A stretch of 64,000 bases of DNA from a virus. Positions 1 through 9,602 of the stretch are shown one piece after another. Where the stretch lies: IMG/VR virus record IMGVR_UViG_3300028394_000034; one strand, 5' to 3'. The notes below the pieces were generated by a model. That model searched no databases. It was not told where the DNA came from and worked only from the letters and a program-made list of their open reading frames with translations. Within the stretch, counting starts at the first letter, position 1; each line of letters begins with the position of its first letter. The position numbers and the translations under genes were made by a program.

Positions 1-477
1 GACCTGACCAACACTGTTGTCAAAAACTCCTCTATACTTATCCTTAAAGTCTGAACGAACAGCCTTATAGGCGAGAAAGAAACCATCCTCAGTAATAGGA
101 AGATGCTCATGCTCCAAGAAATCATAAAGTTCTTTCTGACTCTGCATACTTGGATTTTCCATGATATTATTCAGGAAATTAACAAGGGGCTGAAAAGGCA
201 ATCCCTTGCTCATAAACTCCAGAATACGCTTACTAATACTACCATGAACTTCCTCACCCTCGTAGAGAACCTGTCCATTCTTGATCTCCACAAGACCATC
301 GCTAAAAGTAGCAACAGCTTTCTGAACATCAACAACTTCCAGTAGTTCATCTGCCGTAGCAGAGGGAAGTCTTTCCAGAATCAACTTATAGTTGATATGA
401 TCTGGCAACACCTGATAACTCTGATTATTAAGAACCAGTGTCAAATTACCATCCACAAACATAAACGGAACAGCCAT
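1..477 (-). CDS. rIIB-like protein (N-terminal part; runs off the window edge)
   Basis: My translation from ATG at 477: MAVPFMFVDGNLTLVLNN...FLNNIMENPS...ELYDFLEHEHLPITEDGFFLAYKAVRSDFKD. This matches the rIIB pattern (L..NPS....ELY.FL....LPIT.DG..LAYK) and the gene lies directly downstream of an rIIA-like gene. Confidence 0.8.
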   Translation of the reverse strand, partial: MAVPFMFVDGNLTLVLNNQSYQVLPDHINYKLILERLPSATADELLEVVDVQKAVATFSDGLVEIKNGQVLYEGEEVHGSISKRILEFMSKGLPFQPLVNFLNNIMENPSMQSQKELYDFLEHEHLPITEDGFFLAYKAVRSDFKDKYRGVFDNSVGQV

Positions 478-570
478 AATCCAAACTCCTAGTTTTTAGT
501 TACGATACCTGTGATACTGTCATTTTACACTAATCGGCAAGCTTGTCAAGGGGTCTTGAGAAATTTCTGA

Positions 571-3261
571 CTACTTGACTAAACTACTCAACTGAATTCT
601 AAATAGGTCAATATTATCTTGGCTCATCTGCATTATCCAATCCTTACCATCATTATTATAATACGAGTGACGTTCATCAAGTTGATTAATAGGATTTTTC
701 TTGGCTCTTAGATCAGCAAGAACTCCAGTAACTTGATGACTACCAAGAATATACTTTAGCATAGGATTCTTATCAAGTTCAGTCCTGACGCTCTCTCTAA
801 TCTTAGAGATTGCTGGCAGTTTAAAACTTTCCTTAGACTCGCCCTTAATAATTTTCAGATAAGTTTCGGCTTTATCAGAATTAGATCCAGTATAAAGTGA
901 TCGACTAATCAAACTGGTCAAGACATTGTAGGCCAAACTAGCCTTACGAATATCCTTACTATCTACTGATCGGATATTGGCTTTGTCCATTAACTTTGAG
1001 ATATGAGAGAAATAATCTGATTGAGAAAATCTTTCAATCCTAAAGTTACTATCATGAACAGTATTAGCAAAGAATTCCATAAGCATAGTAGTATCTATGC
1101 ACTCAACTAGAGTCTTGCTACCAATAAACTTTTCATAATTCAACCCAAAGATATTCAGCATATGAAACATGAACTGCTTGTCCATAGTTCCGTGATTATA
1201 ATATCTATAATGGTTATTCTTATGCTCTTCACTTGCATATTCTTTCTTACAGAAGTCAACAAGATCATTGAAAGAAGCCAAACTTGAAAAATGTTTCTGA
1301 GTAACAATCTTCAACTGACGCTTAAAGAACTCATTAAAACTGACAAGATTATACCCATCATTTTGAAGCTTTTTAACAAAAGCGTTTTTGATAGCATAAA
1401 TCTTACTATCTCCCAGCAAATCCTTGACTATAAACTTCAAGCTATCATCACCAAGAGTCGTGGTAATATCATTAATCTCAGGATGACCGGATTCAGCCTC
1501 AGTCTTATATCGAAGCATGGGAACGTACACTATCTCATCCTGCTCTAGAAAATCTTCCAGTTGTTCTTCTGAAAGAACTCTAAGACAAGTAGCATCATTA
1601 TAAGGATTAGTGATCTGCTTACTATCCTTGTCATAGCCATGAATAAAGAATACATCTTGATCGCTTACGCTACCATTAGAGTTTCTATTATAAGACTTTC
1701 TTGGGCCAGAACTTTGAGTAAGATGTTTGTAGTCTGAAACCTTGAGCAGATTTTCGGAACCAACATCTTCGATCAGCTTATCAAAACCTTTTTGACTATT
1801 AGTATAGTCTTTAGTATCAAGAAGCATATAAGCAAAGCAATCATTTTGATTGCAATACCTAGTGATAATCTTCTTTGCTGTTTCTTCACTCTTAACATCA
1901 CACACAAAGAAAGCTATATTTCCTCGCTTCTTGACATTATTCCAATAATAAGAACCCTTACCCGTCAAAGTTCCATGATGAATTTTTTCTGTAAGAGCAA
2001 CCAATCGACGAGAACGATAACCAGAACTTGTATAGTTAAAGACGTACAGACTCTTTCCAGCAGGAATTTTATATTCCAAATCTTTCCCAGAATTAATATC
2101 ATGATCCTTACCATTAGCATCAGTCCAAGTTGCACCAACACCCCAACCTCCAGCCAATTCATTCATAGTATAATATGAACTAATTGCTTCTACCTTGGTC
2201 TTGGATTCTTTAATTTTCTTGGAGAATTCTTCCTTCATCTCCATGTAAATTTCTTGGGTCTTTTTACGCAGTGCCTTAATTACATCCTTAGTATACTGCA
2301 AACCTTCGCGGCTAACATCCATCTCAAGTTCACCGATACCAAAATCAAGTTCAAGATAAAGGCCAGAGTTAAGAATCTCTCCCACAAAACTCTTCCAAGA
2401 ATCAATGTCTGCTTTCTGGAAAGCCCTATTCCACTTCTGAATATGGTCGGGCATTTCTTCCTTTTCTTGACCAACAATCTGTGCGGTTTGAACAGGATAC
2501 GCGATATTCCCCATGATAGCGATGATACCACTATCAATTCGATGATAATTGCTGGGAAAATAACTGTTATCATTATTGAGTCGGCAAACTCTCCAACCCT
2601 CACCACTAATAACGATATTGGTATTGCTATACTTATGATCCATAAGATTACCACCAACACCACCCTCAATGATGGGTTTCATTCGGAAGTAGTGGAAAAT
2701 TCTCTTAGCCTTATCGGTGAACTCTTGAAAGTCATGCTGCTTAACAGCAAAACTAATCTCAAGACCATTAAGCTCAGATGTTTCGGAAGTATTAAAAAGA
2801 TTCAGAGTAGGAACACCACTCTCGTCAATTGCTGCAATATAGGTGTACTTCTTACCATTGTAATATGATGCAGTGGTGAAGCTCTTGGTATAAGCAAACG
2901 GACTCTTAGACCCTAGACCAAGACAACCAACAAAATCATTGCTATCATTCTTGTTGGATGCTCCGTAGGTTGTATACAAGTCCTCCATATCGGCCTGACT
3001 AAGACCAGTACCATAATCTCTCACCATAAAGGTAGGATTAGCAGCGGTGGGCAAAGTAACCTTAAAGGGATTCTTATTACCGGCAGAGATATGACTATCA
3101 TAAGCATTAGTAGAAAGCTCACGAATTGCAGCCATAACCTTATCAGAATAGAGAGAGTCTGAAAGGATTTTAAACATCTTGCTCGTCTGAGCAATGTTAA
3201 ACTGATTCCTGCTTGCAACACCAACGCTGTGAGTCTCAATCGTCCTATCTGCCAACTTCAT
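571..3261 (-). CDS. rIIA-like protein with N-terminal GHKL/HSP90-type ATPase domain
   Basis: Motifs IRELSTNAYDSH, VRDYGTGLS, STNKNDSNDFVGCLGLGSKSPFAY and SREGLQY; 896 aa; adjacent to an rIIB-like gene. Confidence 0.85.
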   Translation of the reverse strand: MKLADRTIETHSVGVASRNQFNIAQTSKMFKILSDSLYSDKVMAAIRELSTNAYDSHISAGNKNPFKVTLPTAANPTFMVRDYGTGLSQADMEDLYTTYGASNKNDSNDFVGCLGLGSKSPFAYTKSFTTASYYNGKKYTYIAAIDESGVPTLNLFNTSETSELNGLEISFAVKQHDFQEFTDKAKRIFHYFRMKPIIEGGVGGNLMDHKYSNTNIVISGEGWRVCRLNNDNSYFPSNYHRIDSGIIAIMGNIAYPVQTAQIVGQEKEEMPDHIQKWNRAFQKADIDSWKSFVGEILNSGLYLELDFGIGELEMDVSREGLQYTKDVIKALRKKTQEIYMEMKEEFSKKIKESKTKVEAISSYYTMNELAGGWGVGATWTDANGKDHDINSGKDLEYKIPAGKSLYVFNYTSSGYRSRRLVALTEKIHHGTLTGKGSYYWNNVKKRGNIAFFVCDVKSEETAKKIITRYCNQNDCFAYMLLDTKDYTNSQKGFDKLIEDVGSENLLKVSDYKHLTQSSGPRKSYNRNSNGSVSDQDVFFIHGYDKDSKQITNPYNDATCLRVLSEEQLEDFLEQDEIVYVPMLRYKTEAESGHPEINDITTTLGDDSLKFIVKDLLGDSKIYAIKNAFVKKLQNDGYNLVSFNEFFKRQLKIVTQKHFSSLASFNDLVDFCKKEYASEEHKNNHYRYYNHGTMDKQFMFHMLNIFGLNYEKFIGSKTLVECIDTTMLMEFFANTVHDSNFRIERFSQSDYFSHISKLMDKANIRSVDSKDIRKASLAYNVLTSLISRSLYTGSNSDKAETYLKIIKGESKESFKLPAISKIRESVRTELDKNPMLKYILGSHQVTGVLADLRAKKNPINQLDERHSYYNNDGKDWIMQMSQDNIDLFRIQLSSLVK

Positions 3262-3326
3262 CTTTATTCTCCAAAAGTGTTATCGTTCCTGTTATGGCTC
3301 AAGTATACCATCGGCAAATCGTCTTG

Positions 3327-3898
3327 TCAAGCACAACTTTTCTTTTGTTGTCTGTCGGAGATTATTTTAAAGCCTATGGCTATATCTATCAGACCCAAAA
3401 CTTTTAAAAATACCACAGGCAAGGTAAATGTCATACCTCCAACTAATATGCACAGCAATCCCATAATCCATACGACAAATTTTGGCATCCAATCAAATAA
3501 TGATAGCAAGTAACTCATTGGTCCTATAATCAGCACAGATAAAAATATTATAGTTACTAATAGTGCTAAACTAGCCATCAGTTTTCTTCATCTTCTTCTT
3601 CGTCTTTATCGTAAGAAAAGTTTCTCTCATCATAAGGAGTCCAATCTTCTTCTTCATTTTCTTCGTCATAATCTGCTTCTGAATCTGCCATCTCTACTTC
3701 GTCCATAACCATAGTTATTTCTTGTAGAATCTCAAATACTTTTTCTAAGGTATCATCTATCTTTTTTATTTTAGTTTCGATATTCTTAACACTTTTCTTA
3801 AGCTCATTAATGTCTTTAGATATGTGAGTATCCATATTATGAATATCTTTATTGCTTTTCATCACTTCCTTAATCACATCATCAATATTCTTGGACAT
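3327..3898 (-). CDS. Two hypothetical proteins: a membrane protein (3327-3578) and a coiled-coil protein with an acidic tail (3578-3898)
   Basis: ORF track; hydrophobic stretches in the first, heptad pattern and D/E-rich C-terminus in the second; the two ORFs are coupled. Confidence 0.6.
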
Positions 3899-3908
3899 TT
3901 TGGCCTCT

Positions 3909-4226
3909 TTATTTCAGGCGTTTATATTCTTTAATATCGCCATTTTCTACAATCTTTTTATCTTCGTATGGTTCCGCTACCCTACGATAAAATTCTTGCT
4001 TTATATTCTCTAATACACCAGTAACCATAGCGATTTTAGGATAGGAAGGATCGCCCATTAGAGAACTTACAATACGAGAAAAACAATAGTTTATATCTCC
4101 TAACAGAGTAACAAACTCATTGTTATCCATGTGGCCTTGCAATCCCTTTGGGGTATTTATGCAGTCCACTAGTTTATCTATACAAACATCTAGTTGTTTT
4201 CTTAAATCTTCTTTAATATATGGCAC
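3909..4226 (-). CDS. Conserved phage protein (DUF6899-like)
   Basis: MPYIK...GDINY...QEFYRRVAEPYEDKKIVENGDI, a pattern recalled from phage proteins. Confidence 0.6.
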   Translation of the reverse strand: MPYIKEDLRKQLDVCIDKLVDCINTPKGLQGHMDNNEFVTLLGDINYCFSRIVSSLMGDPSYPKIAMVTGVLENIKQEFYRRVAEPYEDKKIVENGDIKEYKRLK

Positions 4227-4227
4227 T

Positions 4228-4782
4228 TTAATCTCCAGTACATTTACATTTGTATCTTAAACAATAAGAACACTTAGGGCCAGGATCAGTATTTCCAAAA
4301 TAATTAGAGTTTCCTTCCCAAGTTTCTTTACCAGTATCAATACATACCAATTTCTTTTTACCTTCTACTCTAATATAGCCAATGTTTTCCCAATGACAAT
4401 CCCAAAATTTAAGTTTGGTTTTTATGTAAATCTCATCAACTAATTTTTGTATTCTAGTTAATGGTATAGAATTTTTATTCAGTGTTTTAGCTATCTCTGT
4501 AATATATCCCCAACCACTTCTTTGACCGGGAAACAATACATCATATTTCATCTTACATAGTTTAGAATATACTTTCGGTGCAAGATTATGTTTGCTTAAT
4601 TTAAGCTGAACTTTCCTAGCATATTCAGCCCTAGATTTAGAGATAAATTCCTTAAAGGCTAAGTTCTTATGATTGAGGATACAATAAAATGTACAATATC
4701 CTCCTTGATCACTATATGAGTGTAGATCAATCTTATATTTGGTGTTTATCATCTCAATAAGAAACAACCTGCGCTTCTTCAC
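4228..4782 (-). CDS. Minimal protein-kinase-like protein (true start probably MINTK)
   Basis: LAFKEF (beta3 Lys), AEYARK (alphaC Glu), WDCHWENIGY (catalytic loop) and CIDTG (DFG equivalent). Paralog at 38913-39506. Confidence 0.6.
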   Translation of the reverse strand: MKKRRLFLIEMINTKYKIDLHSYSDQGGYCTFYCILNHKNLAFKEFISKSRAEYARKVQLKLSKHNLAPKVYSKLCKMKYDVLFPGQRSGWGYITEIAKTLNKNSIPLTRIQKLVDEIYIKTKLKFWDCHWENIGYIRVEGKKKLVCIDTGKETWEGNSNYFGNTDPGPKCSYCLRYKCKCTGD

Positions 4783-5525
4783 CAGTTAAATAATATAGAA
4801 AATTAAGAGCTTTATCTAGATCATAAAACTCTCCAAGAAACATTGGGCCAGACATTACATCATCCATATATCTCTTGCCGTAAACTTGGTAGAATGGCTC
4901 ATCATAAGCATCTCTCTCAGTTGAGAGAAATTCGGCAGCAGTATTTATCTGATCTATATAAGTCCCACCTTCATCATCATGGAACTCTCTTACTGTAACT
5001 AGAACAAAAGTGTCTATCGGAGATTTGGGATTATGATTTTTAATTGATGCCATACATAATCTATTTCCTCTAGATCTCATTTTTACTTCCTGTATAGTGG
5101 AACCACAGAACTTTGATCAACATGAATATTATTACATAAGCGAAGATCGAACAAATCTCCACGATCATTTATTCTAGCCCAAGCAACAGGATTAGCAAGA
5201 TTATTTTCTTGAAATTTTTTTAATTCGTCTTTAGCATTATTTACCACAAAACGATCAGCACCATTTGCCCAAGCAAACTCAATCAGATACTCAATAGGAT
5301 TAGAATTTTGTTTCATTAAGAATCTTTCTTTATAACAACTTCAGCACCAACAAACTCAGGCTTATAATAGCCAGTCAAACTATCTTTTTGATAAACATCA
5401 TGAACCATAAATTTAACATCTAAACCATTGGGTGCTTTGATAATCTCACTATCAATATATCTTTCAATAGCTTTTCCGATATCGTCAGGAGTTAAAGTTA
5501 TGTGCGTTCTATTGTGGATCTTCAT
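4754..5525 (-). CDS. Three small hypothetical proteins (4754-5080, 5083-5316, 5316-5525)
   Basis: Tightly packed, co-oriented ORFs. Confidence 0.55.
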
Positions 5526-5544
5526 AATAGTTCCTTCAAATTAG

Positions 5545-5819
5545 TAGGAGCGGTGAGAATCGAACTCACACTGGATGGATTTTCTTACCACTATAGTTTT
5601 CACTACCATTTCTGTTTGTGGTCTGGACTTTATCTTAACCATAACTTTCGTTTTAGGTTCCTGCCGTCAAGTCTCTACACCTTCATAATATTTCTATTAA
5701 GCTTGGCTCGGTATTAGCAGTTAAGCTTTCACCGAATTTGACAAGTTCTACATTAAAGATTTCTCTCTAAGCACTCAAATTGTATAAGTCCATTGTCTCT
5801 GCCGTTGGACTACGCTCCC
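5545..5819 (-). tRNA. trnL: tRNA-Leu(UAA), short variable arm, interrupted by a group I intron
   Basis: 5' exon 5819-5786 GGGAGCGTAGTCCAACGGCAGAGACAATGGACTT; 3' exon 5583-5545 AAAATCCATCCAGTGTGAGTTCGATTCTCACCGCTCCTA. The spliced anticodon loop is CUUAAAA. Confidence 0.9.
5584..5785 (-). ncRNA. Group I intron (202 nt, no ORF) in the tRNA-Leu anticodon
   Basis: P1 pairs exon ACUU|A with intron UGAGU, placing a U.G pair at the splice site. P-like AAATTCGGTGAAA, R-like GTAGAGACTT and S-like AAGATAAAGTCC elements are present, and the intron ends in G. Confidence 0.88.
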
Positions 5820-5919
5820 ATATACTTCCAAGCTACATATCATAACGATTAGTTAGATTGTGTCTATGTTGTCTCTACTAATTTTTATGAGGGATGTAGT
5901 TGGAAGTTTTGGGTTAACA

Positions 5920-6231
5920 TCAGCCGTTAGAATGAGCGGCCTTTAGGCGGCGAACAGTCTCAGCCATAGCTTCGACATTATCCACAGTCTTAATGGGCTT
6001 TGCACGTTCCATAGCGGGCAGTTCCTCACCCTTCTTAGCCAGAGAAGCCTTTGTACGAGCATAACGAGCCATCGTACTAGCAATCTTCTGACCAGTCTTA
6101 GTAGCAATCTCAGCATAAGTCTTGCTGGAAAAAACTGCCTCAAGAAACTGGTCATCACTGCAACGAACACGACTCTGCTTCTCAGTAGTAGTAACTTCAG
6201 CCATAATAAAATCCTCCAAATTATTAACCAA
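5920..6231 (-). CDS. Hypothetical protein, possibly HTH-like DNA-binding
   Basis: ORF track; SSKTYAEIATKTGQKIASTMARY resembles a helix-turn-helix. Confidence 0.45.
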   Translation of the reverse strand: MVNNLEDFIMAEVTTTEKQSRVRCSDDQFLEAVFSSKTYAEIATKTGQKIASTMARYARTKASLAKKGEELPAMERAKPIKTVDNVEAMAETVRRLKAAHSNG

Positions 6232-6264
6232 TCTTACAAGCTAGGCTCAGTCGAGCGACTGATC

Positions 6265-6882
6265 TTACCTCGCGTTGTTCCTTCGATTATACAGTATGGT
6301 ATCGTCTATGTCAATGGGCGAACTTGAAATTTTTTTCGTTCTCGCCAGAAATTGCTGTTGAACGTCTTTAAAACTCCAAGGAGTACCAAACGCTACCCCA
6401 TCTCTTTTATTATCGACTCCTACATCAAGCGTGAGACTGCCAGAAGCAACGTCCTCACGATGTAGTCTACCATGAACATGACCATATAGCATCCAGCTTT
6501 TCCTATAACTACCAGCCCAACTCCTCATAGGATAATGACACATGAATATTTTTTGATTAATATACAGAATCATTTTTTGATCAGAAACACTAGAGAATCC
6601 ACTAGTGAACTTAGTCGGCTCATCATGATTACCAAGAATAATGTGAATATTTTCACAAACTATTCTTTCTCTATAAGCTAGAGCAGTCCCGCCTTTATGG
6701 CAGAAATCTCCTATAACGTAAAGAATATCCTTTTGTCCAACTGTTTCATTTATAGAAGAAATAATTTTCTCATCCATTTCTTTCCCGTTAGAGAATGGAC
6801 GATCACAATATCCTATTATATTCCTATGTCCAAGATGAAGATCAGCAGTAAAGAATACTTTCTGACCAACTATCTTATCCAT
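6265..6882 (-). CDS. Calcineurin-like metallophosphoesterase
   Basis: Motifs TADLHLGH, IGDF, LGNHD, MCHYP and YGHVH. Confidence 0.9.
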   Translation of the reverse strand: MDKIVGQKVFFTADLHLGHRNIIGYCDRPFSNGKEMDEKIISSINETVGQKDILYVIGDFCHKGGTALAYRERIVCENIHIILGNHDEPTKFTSGFSSVSDQKMILYINQKIFMCHYPMRSWAGSYRKSWMLYGHVHGRLHREDVASGSLTLDVGVDNKRDGVAFGTPWSFKDVQQQFLARTKKISSSPIDIDDTILYNRRNNAR

Positions 6883-6886
6883 TATA

Positions 6887-7072
6887 TCAGTCCTCTGTAG
6901 GCAACACTAAAGCAAAAAGTAAATAAACCCAAAACAAAATACTTCCGGTAAAAATTGCTCCAAGAACAAATCCCATTCTTAATATGGCAGCATCTACTCC
7001 TAGATTTTCTGCTAGTCCTCCACAAACACCGAATAAAACTCTGTTCTTATTACTTTTGTGAAGTTGGCTCAT
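6887..7072 (-). CDS. pspC: PspC-domain membrane protein
   Basis: LHKSNKNRVLFGVCGGLAENLGVD...R...F.......Y....LVLP is the PspC signature. Confidence 0.85.
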   Translation of the reverse strand: MSQLHKSNKNRVLFGVCGGLAENLGVDAAILRMGFVLGAIFTGSILFWVYLLFALVLPTED

Positions 7073-7168
7073 AGGTAGACCCTTTAATTATTTTTTGAAT
7101 TTGATATTCATTATAGCCAGAGATCAACATGGCTTTATTAAATCCGATTACAGGAATCAATTCTTCTA

Positions 7169-8054
7169 TCATTCTTTTTCCTTTGGAGAGTATAGAGTAA
7201 CCTTAATTATTATATATCCGTCTCGTCCACTGTCAATATTTTGTATTGCTGATATTCTACCCTTACCCAAGAATGAATCTCCAACTAATAAAAATGGGCC
7301 ACCATCTAAATTAGCAGAAGTTATGATTGAAATATCTGATTGACAACCAAATCTTGCCCAATCACTTTCTCCCTCAATCAAATATTCGTATTCACCAATT
7401 TGTGTAATTATTCTTTTATTTTTTTCTTTAGCTCGTAAACATTGGCTCATTAAAAGCCTCACTGTCAAGAACATAACCTTCGTTGTTTTCTGACGTTAGG
7501 CTATTAAGAACGTCTTTTAGATTATTGTTTTCTTTTTCTAGAGTGGTAATAATTTTTTCAGCTTGATTTAAAGCTTTTTGTAAGACCTTCACTCTATCAG
7601 CTAATTGATCATTCATATATTCTACTGTTGTTCTGACGACCATAATTAGCCTCCCTGTTATAAGTTAGGAAACCTTATAATATACACCTTAAAGGCTAAG
7701 TCCACTCAGGAATTTTTGTAAATCTTTTAATTGTTTTTTGTCTAGCACCATCTGATCAGAATAGGGTTTTTTATATACCAAAACCTGAAAACAATATCGT
7801 AGTCTCTGCCATAATGACATCTTATTGCTATAATTTGTATAATGTTCAAATATTGCCAGATCAGCCATATCTATTTCATGATCATATTCAATCACCAAGA
7901 TTTCACTCTTGCATGAACAAGGAATGAAAATTGTTTTATTTTCTTTTAGATTCGTTACGCTTCCCATCTTTTTTCTTTCTAAAAATTCTTTCGTAGTTTT
8001 TGTCCCAAGTCTCTTGAGAAACCATACTAACTCGTCTTTTAGAACCCTTACCAT
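7169..8054 (-). CDS. Three hypothetical proteins (7169-7474, 7428-7643, 7689-8054)
   Basis: ORF track; real starts are probably downstream of the longest-ORF starts. Confidence 0.5.
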
Positions 8055-8063
8055 TCTGCATAA

Positions 8064-8762
8064 TTAGCTCTCCAGAACATAACTCCAGTAACGACTATCT
8101 TCCTTCTTTTGCAGATCATCCCAATAGATTGATCGGGCAACATACGATGGAACTTTAAGCTTTCCACAATTCACCATCCAGTGACGCTCCATCTTTTTAT
8201 AAATCTCTGAGCCAGACTTACTCTTATTATACTTGAGAGCCTCAACATCGTAAAGCCTAAGTTGATGAATATCTCCACAGAGTACCCTTGCCTCATTAGG
8301 ATGGATCATCTCAAGAGCAAAGCTAATCTTAGCCAGTCCAATACCACTAATCTTATTCAGAATACTATCACGCTTCTTAACATGATACTTCTTAGTGGTA
8401 AGATAAAAATCTTTAGGACTAGACCAAAACTTGGTACTAAAATCCCAAATATAAGTGGTACGATTATTGTGCAGACCAACGCCGCTCTTGTGGAGTTTTT
8501 CTAAAAGAATCTCTCTACTATCCACCCATTCGCTAAAATTCTTGATAGCATTATATCCTTTGACATTACCCTGCCAAGTGGTGTGAACGCTGCAAAAAGC
8601 AAAGAGATAGCGACGAAAAATATCTTCATCATTCTTAGGACGAACACTCTCCCAATAGTCTTTATAAGCAGCTACCTTGTCCTTGGGAAAATTCTTAAAA
8701 AACTCGTCGGCTTTACTGGTACTCATCACCACCGGCTTTTTCTCAACAACTGTCTCTGTCAT
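8064..8762 (-). CDS. HhH-GPD superfamily DNA glycosylase-like protein
   Basis: HhH motif ISGIGLAKISF with Lys at the lyase position, followed by CGDIH carrying the putative catalytic Asp. Confidence 0.65.
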   Translation of the reverse strand: MTETVVEKKPVVMSTSKADEFFKNFPKDKVAAYKDYWESVRPKNDEDIFRRYLFAFCSVHTTWQGNVKGYNAIKNFSEWVDSREILLEKLHKSGVGLHNNRTTYIWDFSTKFWSSPKDFYLTTKKYHVKKRDSILNKISGIGLAKISFALEMIHPNEARVLCGDIHQLRLYDVEALKYNKSKSGSEIYKKMERHWMVNCGKLKVPSYVARSIYWDDLQKKEDSRYWSYVLES

Positions 8763-8840
8763 AGTGTCCTCAAAGAGTTGGTTCCAAAGTGTATGCTGCG
8801 ATTCTACACTAGTCCTATCGTCTTGTCAAGTCGCTGCTCT

Positions 8841-9320
8841 TTAGTTTTTCTTATCCAACTGAGCTTGTAGCATCTTCTCTTTTTTTTCTGCTATTATTTT
8901 ATCAAACTCTTTAGTGTGATAATTATATTCCCAAGGTTTCCATCTTACTTTTGTACTAACTATAGTTTTAATTTGTTGTCCAGTTTTTACATCAGTATAT
9001 TTAGCTATTGCCCAATAATACTCATGTCCTTTAACAACATCTTCAAGAATTTCAAAATCATGTGGATAACCTAATTCAGAATGTATTCTATTTTTACCCA
9101 TCCATTTAACATAATTTTCGATATTTTCATCATATGCAATTGGAAAAAAGATATTATTAATTGATCTTTCTATAACAACAGCTTTTTCTCCAACATATTC
9201 TGAGTTACAGATAAATCCTATAGCAACACCGACAAATAAGAATAGCCAGTGATAAAAAATTGACCGGATAACAATCTTGTGCATGGGTAGGCTCCATTTA
9301 GGCGGGACTATACCATACAC
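8841..9320 (-). CDS. Hypothetical membrane-anchored protein
   Basis: N-terminal transmembrane segment WLFLFVGVAIGFIC. Confidence 0.55.
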   Translation of the reverse strand: MYGIVPPKWSLPMHKIVIRSIFYHWLFLFVGVAIGFICNSEYVGEKAVVIERSINNIFFPIAYDENIENYVKWMGKNRIHSELGYPHDFEILEDVVKGHEYYWAIAKYTDVKTGQQIKTIVSTKVRWKPWEYNYHTKEFDKIIAEKKEKMLQAQLDKKN

Positions 9321-9338
9321 CAGAATATATTCTCGCCT

Positions 9339-9602
9339 TTGTTAGTAAAAGAGTTGAAATAATGGTGTGAATTCTTTTGGAATAACAGCCTGAATTCTTC
9401 TGCTATTACTAACAAAAACGAAAATACTTTAACTTAGTTATAGCACTGTGAATTCTTTTGGAATAATGATTTAAATACTAAGTTTATTTTATCAGAATAA
9501 TGACCTAAATTCTTGTGGAATGACATTCTAAATTCTGATAAATATAATCTCAAAAATAATGAAAGGGTAAATATTTTTAGTAATGATTCTCTGAATTATT
9601 TA
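9339..9602 (-). ncRNA. Array of four dual-spacer stem-loop units (candidate guide-RNA array)
   Basis: Units at 9554-9602, 9490-9540, 9433-9482 and 9339-9415. Each reads: closing stem, ATT, 9-nt variable segment, ATTC-CA(A/C)AA-GAATT loop repeat (ATTACTAAAAATATT in the first unit), 9-nt variable segment, AT(T/A), complementary closing stem. Confidence 0.75.

Noticed and set aside
9339-9602. CRISPR array
   Set aside because: The variable parts are only 9 nt and come in pairs inside hairpins, and no cas genes are present in the window.
9339-9602. Self-targets of the putative guides in this window
   Set aside because: I saw only isolated 9-mer matches (TAGAATGTC near 41965, CAGAGAATC near 18871) without the partner half, as expected by chance. 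The search was by eye and not exhaustive.
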